In this document: positions 12,009 through 23,246 of the stretch, in pieces | How the letters are laid out: each line of letters opens with the position of its first letter | Numbering within the stretch: the first letter of the stretch is position 1 | NCBI GenBank assembly: GCA_964035545.1 | Contig: OZ037766.1 | Coordinates: forward strand, 17,695,081 to 17,759,080 | Direction: 5' to 3' | Length of the DNA stretch: 64,000 nt | From: Bugula neritina | Lineage: Eukaryota; Animalia; Bryozoa | Position numbers and translations under genes: made by a program | Notes under the pieces: generated by a model | The model's database searches: none | What the model saw: the letters and a program-made list of their open reading frames with translations, nothing else | What the model was told of the DNA's origin: nothing

Positions 12009-12623
12009 GAGCTAGAAGTTGACAGTTCCACCTCACATGTCCTCGGGGTACTACATTGTGATCATGTAAATGCTTGACTGCTAATGACCTACGATCCAGG
12101 ACTCTCCCTTTATAGTTGGCCAGTTGTACGCTGGCCCTCCATTATCTTACTTATATGTTTATATATGTCGTACATTGGTATTTCTCTTCTTTCTCTTTGT
12201 GGGTTTTCTTTACTTATGTTATTTTTGCATTATTATACTATTTTTTGTTTTATCAGAAAGTGGGGCTTTCTGCTGGTGGGGGCGGTGTAATGGGATTACA
12301 TAGTATAATAATAGAGTCGTCCCCTCTTGTATGGAATACTAATAACTATGTTCTACTATCCAATCAGAGAGACCGGAAGGCAAGGTTCCGGTCAAGTGAC
12401 TGTTCGCGGGTTAGCTAGCAGAAACCATGTGTTGTTGAGAGCAGGGGCTCGTAGTAGTAAAATGTGCTTATGATTGATTGATGTATTGTGGTTTTGATGT
12501 AATGTTATAATTATGTTTATCGAGTTAAATAAAGGTTATCGTACGCAAGCTCTGTTAGTAGTTGCTAGTTAAATTGAAACTAAATACGCAGGCAATCCAC
12601 GCTTGATAATTGTGCTAAAACTC

Positions 12624-12681
<58 letters not shown>

Positions 12682-12846
12682 TGTACATGCCAAATATTTA
12701 CTGCAAATTTTAAAAAGAGCATAAATTAAGTAGTATTACCGTGCCTATTTGCATTCAATTTACTAGTCTTACATTTATAGCAATTGTAATGTATTTTGTG
12801 TGAAATGGTTAATGCAAACATTATTCAATTAGTATTCACATTGTAA

Positions 12847-15800
12847 CCCGCTCGCCTTGATGTGGAGACAGAGCTAGGGGAGGGCACCGTCTATCGGGGG
12901 GAGCACGGCCATCTTGGGGCCAAAACTCACTCAGACGATGTTCAGGCATTTCGGGCCAACCCCACTCTGTATCAGAACGTCAAGGAGCTGTGCCGACTCC
13001 TGGAGACGCTACCCGGCGCAGTAGCGGACATATTCCGGGCCAAGAAGGAGGACCGACGACCTAGCGAGGAACAGCTGCGGCTGAGAAACATTGAGTTCCA
13101 ACTCCTCTGTCGTCGCTGGGATTCCCTCAAGGTCTGTCCTGATGGCCTCCTGATGATAACGCTAGCAGCAGACAACCGTCAGCAGAAGACGGATCGCATC
13201 ATCTGTCCACGCGCCCTCCGACGGAAACTGATTTGGGACACCCATAAACAGGCTCATGCTGGAGCCAGTCGGGTCATCAGGTGTTTGCAGCTGCGTTGAT
13301 ACTGGCCCAGAATGACTCAGAACGTACGACTGCGAGTACAGCAGTGCGAGGTCTGCCAAGCTAGTAAGCATGGCCGCCCAACAGAAACCACTGGTCGACG
13401 CTGGCTATACGCTGGTCGACCATGGCAAGTGGTGGGAACATCTGGATACTGGTGCTCACGGACCACTTTACTCGGTGGGCAGATGCTCTGGCTATTCCAG
13501 ACAAGTCAGCCCCCACAGTGGTCCGGGCCCTGGACCAAAATGTTTTCTGCTACCTCGGGTTACCGGAACAGATACATATGGACCAGGGCGCCCAATTCCA
13601 GTCTCAGCTCATAGAAGACCTCTGCCGGATATGGGGGGTGAACCAAAGTCGGACCACCCCATATCACCCGCAAGGGAACGGAGTCGTGGGGCGGAACAAC
13701 AGGATGTTGGGTGACACCCTCAGGAGCCTGCTCCTCGGCCGATGTCAGGAAGAATGGGACGTGGTGCTGCCACAAATCATGCGGGCTTGCCGCAGCACAC
13801 CAGACTTCAGCACACAGGAGACCCCAAACTTCTTGATGTTAGACCGGGAGACGCGGGTTCTGGAACACCTGACATACCATGTTCCAGCCCCCAAGTCCCC
13901 GGTACACGAGTACGTGGGAAAATGAATAGAGATCATGGGCCAGGCTCATGGTGCGCTGCAGGCACAGCGGTGGCAGATCAGGACAGAAAACTTGGAAGAG
14001 CCCCCTTTATACCAGGTGGGAGATTGGGTATGGATGGTGAGCTATTGTAGGCGACGCGGACAGTCGGCTAAGCTTCAGCCCAAGTTCGTGGGTCCCTACT
14101 GCGTGGTGGAAGTGCTGTCCAACCACACATATCGTGTGGAGCTCTCTGGGCAGACCTCAGTCTAAAGCGAACAGCACTTGAAGCCGTACCATGCCAGTCC
14201 AGACGTGGTAGGACAGGCTCTATCCCTCCTGGAGTTCAACCGCCAACCTAATCACTGGGGGAGAGTAACCCAACCCAGGGAAGTAGAAATCTTTGTCCGG
14301 AGGATACCGGAACAAGAACGATCTTCCCTGCAGGAACAGCAACAAAGACAAGAATGGCAGCGGCAGCAGTAGCAGGCCCTTGAGCCAGCACCCCTACCAG
14401 TGGAGGATGCCCCCACCCACAGCACGAGTAAAGGCGAGGATCCCCCCTACCTTGGCAGCTGAAGAGCCACTGGCACTTCAAGAGCTGGCCTCTCTAAAGA
14501 GAAGTCAGAGAGATAGGAGACCACCTAGATATCTGGCTGATTACCATGTAAGACATCTAGAGTTATTCTCCCACAGTGGTAGTTTATCCAGCACGGACAA
14601 CTACCCTCCCTTGATTAAAAATTTCCTCCAGTAGCATGGAGAATTCTACCAGGAAGAAGAAATTTCAAACTGAATTTCGGAGGGCACACGATCGTCTAAG
14701 TTGTCCCCTCAAAATTTGATGGAAATTCCAAATGGTCACGTGACCGGCGACTCGGCAGGTAGAAACTTCAAAACACGAAGCTCGTCCATTTCTACTAGTA
14801 ATGACGTAAATTCTGTAATAATTTTAAAATTAATTCATTTTCAAACGAAACCAATATTCAAAACATGGGAATTACACTGCCAGAAGCAACTAACACACAG
14901 TCAGGTATTTCTTTAGGGTTGGATCCTCCGGTAACGGAGTCCAACTCAAGTTTGATTGATTGGTCATTACTAGATTTTTTGGAATTTACTCTGCTAGAGC
15001 TCGAGGCTGAGATGGATCTCTGGGATTACTCTCTCCACGACGTCTTACTCGAACAAGACGTGGGTTCAGTCACACTCTGTGACTCATCTCGGCCTCCGGT
15101 TTTTCACAGAGCGCCATACAAACAACTGCCGAATTTTGGCGATAGCGAGACCGGCCTCACACAGCCTCTCCTATCTGTTGTAGGCACCACTATAGAATAT
15201 GAGGAGGTAGAAGCGAGTCGTACCGACTCCCCTCCTACACTGGCCCCTGTTTCAGCTCCCAGCATCCCGCAGGGCGCCACTCTCGACTCTGAGGTGCCTC
15301 CCACCAGCGCTATTGGCCCTGACTTCAACCCTGTCGAGCTCCAGCTAGCCGCAGGGAAAAAACATGGCATTCTGCTCAGCGAGTCCTTCATAGTGGGAGA
15401 CGACCAGGAGAATTCCCCAATACTGGCCCTGCCACAGGCCTTGGTCGCCCGCCAGTATTGAGTGTCCCGGGACACCAATCTCAGGATTGGCCACGCATTC
15501 AGAGAGCCAGGCAACCACATCTGCCAACAGTGTAAGAGGAAGTTTTCCTCCACACGATGGCTGTGGGTTCACGCCCCTCAGCACTACGTAAACGTGTACT
15601 GCCGGTGTGGCGAATATTCGTATCAGCGCAAATATGTGCTGCGTCACCAACGAATATCGCGCTGCCACACGGGCCACACGTTTGTCGTAGACCAGGCCAT
15701 CTTCTCGGAGTTCCGGAACCTAGTGCTGCTGCATATGGCGGATTCCCATAAATGGGCTGCTCTCGCCCAGGGATTTCCTGCGTGCCGGCCCACCTAAGAA

Positions 15801-16656
15801 GAGGACGGAGAGCCCGTCGCTACCCACCAACCAGCGGCCACCCAACCCCTTTGGGTCATGCTGGCATGGGTCGGTGCGGACGCCAGGTCCGATGTATCGG
15901 ACCTGGGCTCCCGGCCCTTAGCGACGGGCAGGAGACAGCGGAGCAGACGTGACATCACCAAACCCTGTAGACGTCCAGCCCAAGTGCAGCTACTACTAGA
16001 AGAGGAGGTGAGACACCTACGACGACAGATCCGATGGTACGAGGAGGAATTGGGCCAATTAAGGAGGCTTGCGAGCCGTTTGGAGCGGTCTCGAAATGGC
16101 GACCGACAGTAGTGACTGACTCTGCATTTGGACATTGGTGGCGGGTGTGTGGTGTGCTTTTATCTCTTATATTTACTCTTATTTTATGAATGTACTTCCA
16201 GTTTTTGTTTTATTTCTTTTTTGTGTGTGTGTTTATCATGCATTTATACTTGTCAGCAAGTTCTTCGTTGTCTCATGTTTTTCTTTTCTCTCTACCGGAA
16301 AGGGGTGCTTTCCGATGAGGGGTGTTTATTGTGGATTTCTGTACGCGTGCATGTGTTATGTTTATTGTGTGGTTTTTTTTGTGTATAATTTTATTTTTGT
16401 CCGAGATCGGCATTTCGGACTACCGAAATTCCGAATATCGGCATTTTGGACTCCTGAAATGCCGAAATGCCAAATATCGGCATTTCGGGCCTCCGATTTT
16501 GGACCACAAAGGAATCCTTCTTTGTTCTGTGCATATAAAAGCAGGCGAGTTCCAGTGTAGTTCAGTCTACCACTGGAGCTCGCATGTGAGGGACCTAAAT
16601 TCTACCCTACAATAAAGACTGTTATTATCTACAACTTCATCACTTCTTGTTACACA
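12847..16656 (+). mobile_element. Gypsy E2: 5'-deleted copy with degraded integrase, ORF3 and 3' LTR (~16323-16656)
   Basis: HHCC and rve motifs (LVLTDHFTRW, HMDQGAQF, TPYHPQGNG, KFVGPY); PPT gatgagggg then TGT; AATAAA at 16611. Confidence 0.85.
14865..16112 (+). pseudogene. E2 ORF3: double zinc finger plus coiled-coil, single frame with two nonsense codons (15459, 15795)
   Basis: CQQC-x12-HAPQH-x5-CRC-x12-H; coiled coil LEEEVRHLRRQIRWYEEELGQLRRLASRL; predicted intron 14905-15183. Confidence 0.75.
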
Positions 16657-17199
16657 GGATAGTTAAGGGCATCCTCACAAAGAATATCATAAATTTCTCT
16701 CAAAATGTAGTTTAGGTTCTTGAATAATATTGCTCTGTGGGTAGCATGCGTGTTGCCTACTTGCAATTGTTTAGCCTAAGATCAAACTACAACCAATAAG
16801 CAGCAACCTTCATTAGGGCTGTGTTATCTATCAACATTCCATTATGGGTGCTACATAAACAAAGTACAAAGCAAGCTATTCATTATAGCCTGCCAGCTAG
16901 CAAGCCTGTAATTAGCATGTACGCGCCAATATCTTCTCATCTCTACGTGCTCATTGAAGCGTGAAGTGCTGCGCGCTGCTAATTACCCATGAAAAAACAT
17001 GGCATTTTCAGTGTATAAATCACCAATTTGTGGGCAATCTAGAAAAGTTATTGGAAAAAGAAAAAAAGTCCGAAATATGAAATAATTACATGGGGACTAG
17101 CTTATGCATTTTTGTTCCCAGACAATAATTTTGTGTTGTTTCAATGTTTTTTTTATATAAGAATCTGACCATGCATTGTAAAATTTATTTTCAGGACAA

Positions 17200-17700
17200 T
17201 TATACCCAGAAAATATTAGAGAAAAGCAACATCTCTAAGATATGGTATATCTGAGGAGATCATTGGTTTTGCTTTATATTCACAAGAATTAGCAGTTGGA
17301 AAATCTTGGCAAGAAGTGGCTAAAAATATGATATTACCAAAGGAACACTACAAAACAGAGCCGCATGAAAACAAAAGCTGAAGCCTGGACGCCAAACCGT
17401 GTTAACACAAGTAGAGGAGGTAGCCATTGTTGACCATACTACAAAGCTGGCTCAATGGGGCTTTCCATAAGATAAAACAGACTTTCGAATGATAGTCAAG
17501 ACCTATTTTGACAAATGTGCGAGAAGAGTGCAACAGTTCAAATATAACTCCTCTCAAAATCACTGGAATCTAAGTTTTATGTCAATAAAGACATAAAGAT
17601 AGCTTGTCTCACAGGTTGTGCCAAAACATAGCATTGGAATGGGCAACAGTTAATCCTGAAGACATTACGCATTATTTAAAAAATCTAGAGACAACTTCCA
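17200..17700 (+). pseudogene. pogo/Fot1-like transposase N-terminal relic (HTH_psq plus CENP-B-type HTH)
   Basis: Hand translation: SWQEVAK/YDITKGTLQNR...PGRQTVLTQVEEVAIVDH...LAQWGFP*DKTDFRMIVKTYFD...QQFK...RHKDSLSHRLCQNI, with stops and frameshifts. Confidence 0.7.
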
Positions 17701-17976
17701 CAACCTATAATTTGAAAAGGCATACTTGAATTTTAGAAGAAATTCGGTGGAATTTGAACTTGTTCAGTGATTTATTCAATATTGCCAGCAAAATACATTT
17801 TTTTTATACATATACAAAAAACTTTACACCAAATAACAATGTACCTCAAATAGCTGTGGTTTCAATGCAAAAAGTGCACTATTATAGCTTGCATTTTGTC
17901 TAAAATAATTTTTTTGGCAATAATGAAGTTGAATAATGTTGTTCTTTAATTTCTAACTGGCCAAAGAAACTCCAAG

Positions 17977-18242
17977 TATAGTAGTTTGTGGGTTATGAAA
18001 TCAGGCAGAGAACATAACTCCTTGTTATAGAAGAGACAAGAGAGAGTGTTGAATTCATGTGCGTACAGTATTCTTTATTGTAGTAGAGATGTATCCAGTC
18101 CGAGGTCCAGTCTTCAAGTGACCGAAGCTCGAAAATGCGCGTTCTTTTATACTAGCAGAACAAAGGACTTCTAGAACCTTCTACCGACAGCGGGCTGATG
18201 TTCGGCAGGGTATGGCGACATTCGTCATGTCGGTAACCGACA
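17977..18242 (-). mobile_element. Solo LTR homologous to the E5 LTR
   Basis: Reverse complement shares aacaaggagttatgttctctgcctgatttcat...aacccacaaa and gaaggttctagaa with 50131-50443. Confidence 0.8.
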
Positions 18243-18251
18243 CTGATCATG

Positions 18252-18292
<41 letters not shown>

Positions 18293-18293
18293 A

Positions 18294-18531
18294 TGTTGGG
18301 AAACCATCATGCGATCCTAGCGCTAATCACATTCCTGACAATCACGTGACAATATACTAACTAATTGCTGTACTAGAATCGTTGTATACTTGTTAACCCT
18401 TGTCTTCTGTTTTATGTAATACAAACCATCGTGCTGTTTTTCATTCTAATAAATATTTTATTATCAATTAATTAAACCAGTCTGTCAGTTTTCTCGATAA
18501 GTTAAATCAGCAATCAATATTGTGTTTCATA
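18294..18531 (+). mobile_element. LTR-like fragment joined directly to E3 pol
   Basis: TGTTGG start after (TA)n(TG)n and an internal AATAAA; no partner copy in the window. Confidence 0.4.
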
Positions 18532-21500
18532 ATTAAGTCAGCCATGCTGATGGCCGGCAAGGAGATCACCTGTGTTGACAAGTTTGGCCGTCCCCTAGTG
18601 AGAAACGTGCAGGTAGTACGGAACTGTACTATACCAGGCCGCTCCCGGGCTACCATTCACTGCAGAGTGAATAATAGCCAAATCTCGGGGTTGGGGGTTG
18701 TCGAAGGCGCGCACACAAGAATCCAACTCGCCAGCAGTCTTAACCGGCTGACTGACGGAGGAGAGATCTTAGTGCAGTGTGTCAACCCCTTCTCCGAGGC
18801 TGTGAAGCTACCGTCAGGGTCCACGCTGGGCCGGTTCCACTCTATCTAGGAAGAGGATATAGGGCCATCGCTAGGAGATGCGGCGGAAGGTCCCCGACAG
18901 AGCCCGTCAGTGAGGCGGGGGATCGTCACACAACACGTCCAAGAGCTGTACCAGGCAGCGTGTGACGGCTGCGCGGGTAACGGAGAGCGCCAGACTATGG
19001 CCCAGTCGCTACGTGAGTACAGCGACGTGTTCAGCGGTGGGGACCATGACGTAGGCCTGACGACGGCCGTCTGTCATGAGATACCGCTAGCTGCAGAGAC
19101 TACCCCTATCCGACAACCCACTAGGAGGTTGGGACCAGAAAAAGAGAAGGAGGTTAGCCAACAAGTCCGGAATCTTTTGGACCGCGACCTCATCGAGCCA
19201 GCACATAGTGCGTGGAGCTCGCCGGTCGTCTTGGTCCGAAAGAAAGACGGCAGTTGGCGGTTCTGTGTGGATTATCGCAAGCTGAATAGCGTGACCATAC
19301 AGGTCGCCTACCCTTTACCCTGGATCGACGAGTCTCTGGACGCCCTAGCCGGCAGCAAGTACTTCAGTACACTGGACTTGTTGAGTGGCTATTGGCAGGG
19401 ATAGAGTATGACTGGGACCAGGGTCAACTCCAACAGAAGGCTGATACGCCTCCGGAGGCCATCCAGAGCCTCCACACCAACCCCGTCTTGACTGGTAACG
19501 TCAGGGAGCTGCAGAAACTCCAGGAAAATCTCCCAGGAGTAGTAGCCGATGTGTACCGGGCCAAGAAGGAGGGGTGACAACCTAGCAAAGAACAACTGCG
19601 GCAGGGATGCACCGAGTTACGGCTGTACTGCCAACGTTGGGACTTCCTGCGGATCGGGCCAGATGGTCTGCTGACCATGACAGTGGCCGCCAGCAACAGA
19701 CACCACGGGGGAGAGAGGGTAGTCTGCCCAGCTGTCATCCACCGAGAGTTAGTATGGGACACCCACAAACAGCCTCATGCAGGGGTCCAGAGGGTGCTCA
19801 CCAAATTACAGCTCCGGTGTTATTGGCCCAACATGGAGCGTGACGTCCGACTCAGAGTAAAACGGTGTGAAATCTGCCAGGCCAGCAAACATGGCCGTCT
19901 CCCTGGCAAAGCGGGACGGCGTAGGCTATATGCTGGAAGGCCTTGGCAAGTGGTAGCTGTTGACCTGGTCGAACCCATGCCTCTAACCCCCAGAGGAAAC
20001 AGTTGGATCTTAGTATTAACCGACCACTTTACCAGGTGGGCCGACGCTCTGGCTATCCCGGATGCGTCTGCCCCAACAGTGGCCAGGGTGCTAGACCAAA
20101 ATGTATTCTGCTACCTCGGATTACTCGAGCAGATACATTCGGACCAAGGGGCTCAATTCTAGTCTCAGCTGTTGAGCGACCTCTGCCGCCTCTGGGGAGT
20201 AAACCAAAGCAAGACCACTCTGTACCATCCTCAAGGTAACGGGGTGGTAGAACGCAACAACCGAATGTTGGGCGATGCACTCCGCAGCCTTCTCCTCGGC
20301 CGAGGTCAGGAAGAATGGGATACGGTATTACCGCAAATCATGCGGGCCTACCGTAGCACACTACACACCACCACGGGTGAGACCCCTAACCTCCTGATGC
20401 TCGGTCGAGAGACGCGAGTGCCCGATCACCTTACCTACCACATCCCTGAGCAGGACTATTCCATCCATGAGTATGCCAGTGAATTGGTAGAGAACATGAA
20501 GGTCGCACACGAAATACTGCGAGCACAGCAGTGGCAGATGCGACAAGAAGACTCACAGGAACCACCCCTCTACCAAGCTGGAGACTGGGTATGGATGGTC
20601 AACTGCCGTAGGCGTCGAGGACAGGCGGCTAAACTCCAGCTCAAGTTCGTGGGACCCTACGTGGTAGTTGAGGCAATGCCCAATCATCTGTACAAGTTGG
20701 AGCACTCTGGACAGGTATCTGTCCAGAATGAAGCCCGCTTGAAACCGTATGGGGCTAACCCAGGAGCAGCAAGAGAAGCCCCCCCGTTGTTGAAGCCCAG
20801 GAGGCAGACAGCAACGCGCGGGCGGCGGCATGGACCAGAATACGAAGTGGTTGTGCCGCGGGCGGAAGACTTGGTAAGGCAGGAAAGGCCACTTCCGTCA
20901 ACAGAATTGCGCCCGCCGCCCCCAACGCCAAGCTTACCGCCAACACTTCCGGAACCAGACTCGGCTCCGGAAGTGCAAAACCCCCCCGCGGGAGGGCCTC
21001 CGTCTGGAGGCAATGAGAGGGAAGGAAATAAGATCATCAACAACGGGCCGGAGACACCACTAGTGGAACTTAATAGCCCACCAGTGAGTACACCGCCCCG
21101 ACCAACAACCATACCACCTTTCCCAGCTAGTACGCCCCCTCCCCTGGAACGGGGACAACGTACTAGACAACCCCCAGCATACCTAAAAGACTTCATATGT
21201 GACCGCGTTACAAGCGGCAATTATAAAAGTCCAGCTGGGTGCTGTACGGAGAGACCGGCAGCGAAACGTGGGAGTTGTGAACACCACGGAAATACTAACT
21301 TTTGCGAAGGCGGAGTAGTGGGTAAAACTACTACGCCCAGGGCAAACAGTTTCAGCCTTGAGCAACAAACACGCTGTCCGGTCTTTTCCTACGCTGACAT
21401 CACCAAGGGTAGATGTATTCAAATCCAATCCACTAACATCCAAGCTTGAATGCTGAGTATGATTTCAAATACCAGGTTTCAAGGTAAGCTTGCTTAGACC

Positions 21501-23246
21501 TAACACTCCTATCTATGGACACGGGTCTAACAGCATCAGTTAATTCTGATTTAATCGCTCTGATTGAATCACAATTACTGGGGACTGAGTCATACGTGAA
21601 AGACGACGAGAACATAACAATGGCCGACGATCTACTAGATCTGGAGCTTGACACTATGTCTCTCAGTCAGTCTACACGCCACGACGCAGTCCTTCGAGTG
21701 CCGTATAAAAAGATGCATGACTCTCAGACTAGGAACAGTCGGTTGTCATCAGAATTATGCTGTAAAGATCACACTCGATCTAACAATAATTCTGCTCTTT
21801 TAGATACCACTCGCTCTCCTCTCCCTCATGACATGCCGCCATTGGAGATGGCTTGGGATGAGGAATCTACCCCTGTCACGCTGCCGGAAGTACTCCTAAC
21901 TCAATCCTGCTGGATCACAAAGGACACCGAGGCACTCATACAGAAAAATAAAGGCGACGATCAATGCACCACCTGCCGTCTGTGCCAGCTACACTTTACC
22001 ACCCCTCACAGACTCAGAGTCCACGTCCCCCAACACTATGTCACCACCTTCTGTCCCTGTGGTGAATATAGTTACCACAGGGACTACATCCTCTGCCACC
22101 AACGAACCATGGAGTGCCACGTTGGACATCTTTACGAAGTAGACAAACCCTCTTTCCCTCACTTCCTCAACCTCATCAGGCCATTTATCTCTGACCCGAC
22201 TCATTATGAACGGCTGCGCCAAGAGTTCCCCGCGCCCCGTATCATTACACAAGGACCCTGCCTCAAGCCCCCGGGGTTTAGGAAACCCCAAACGCCCCGT
22301 TCGTCACCCCCCGCCCACACTGTGCCCCGTCCGCGCTCCATACCCCGAGTCGTCTTACAACGCATAGAAGTGCCACAACGATGGCGTCCCTCCCCTCCCG
22401 TTTCCCCGCGACCCTCCCGTAAACGACGTTGGTTGTCGTCCTCTCCCAACCGCCACTCTTCCCCTGCTAGGAATCTGAAAGAGACGGAGCAACGAATACA
22501 TGAGTTGGAGAGAGAAGTACAACGGTTGGCACCTAGGATATCTGCCGCCGCTTCCGAGCTCCGGGCTCTCCGCGACTCTGTGGCTCAACTAAAGAGAAAC
22601 GCCCAAGACTGAATGTCTACCCCCCTCTCCTCATCTTACTCCCCTATCACTGACTACGCCGCAGATGGTGTCTTACTTACAGCCTTTCACACATCGTGTC
22701 CCGGTACCATAACAAAAACCTCTCAATACAGACAATATTTGTAGTTAGTCCGCAATTATCTTTTTAGTTATATAGGCCGTCGGTCTATACGTACCTCGTG
22801 ATTCTGTTAACGCTGTGTCGTTGTTTGCATTTGTTTTATTTTTTTAATTGTTCTTTTTTGTATGCATCATACATGCATCTCTTCCCTTTTGTACCTTTTT
22901 TTATTACTATTTTTTATTTTTGGTGTTATTAGGAAGGCGGGCTTCCTGCTGGGGGGGTGTAGTGGTGCACGCGCTATGCGCCTCCACGTGCTCCCCGGCC
23001 AATTAGAGAGATATCATGTGATACCCCCAGCGATGCGTGTATTGCTGGGATTGTATTAGAATAGAGAGTGAGCTAGTAAATAGACGCGATGTAATTTTAT
23101 AGTAACAATTTTGATGCATCTCTTTTTTTATTTGTATAGTAATAAATAACGATATTCTACGCTGAATGAACCCTCTACTACTTTGGATAATTAGACTCAT
23201 AATAATAGGCTAGGAACCACGCATAGTAATTGTGTGAATTACAACA
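18532..23246 (+). mobile_element. Gypsy E3: 5'-deleted copy; RT cut after LDLLSGYWQ, integrase, intact ORF3, 3' LTR 22958-23246
   Basis: WSSPVVLVRKKDGSWRFCVDYRKLN; integrase HHCC, rve and GPY motifs; G7 PPT then TGTAGT...ACAACA followed by ATAT. Confidence 0.9.
21450..22612 (+). CDS. E3 ORF3: uninterrupted double zinc finger plus coiled-coil protein, predicted exons 21450-21483 and 21804-22612 (280 aa)
   Basis: CRLC-x12-HVPQH-x5-CPC-x12-H; Pro/Arg/Ser-rich linker with RKRR; LKETEQRIHELEREVQRLAPRISAAASELRALRDSVAQL; donor AAG|GTAAGC, branch tctaac, acceptor ctcttttag|. Confidence 0.8.

Larger units (their letters stand above)
7414..12629 (+). mobile_element. Gypsy E1: structurally intact, non-autonomous LTR element (gag, protease, integrase Zn finger, ORF3; no RT, RNase H or integrase core)
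   Basis: 344-bp LTRs 7414-7757 and 12286-12629 (TG...CA, 3 differences seen), ATAT TSD, PBS TGGTGGCCGCGGTGGGAT (tRNA-Leu-like), G-rich PPT before 12286. Confidence 0.95.
6718..12846. repeat. Diverged inverted-repeat pair (6718-6885 / 12678-12846) whose (TA)n centre received nested insertions
   Basis: ttacaatgtgaat...aaatatttggcatgta is reverse-complementary to tacatgccaaatattt...attcacattgtaa. Confidence 0.7.

Noticed and set aside
8170-22588. Many antisense and overlapping ORFs in the Gypsy elements
   Set aside because: Expected in GC-rich coding DNA; no recognisable motifs or conservation between elements.
21515-22612. env gene
   Set aside because: No signal peptide or transmembrane segment; zinc fingers and a basic region point to a nucleic-acid-binding protein.
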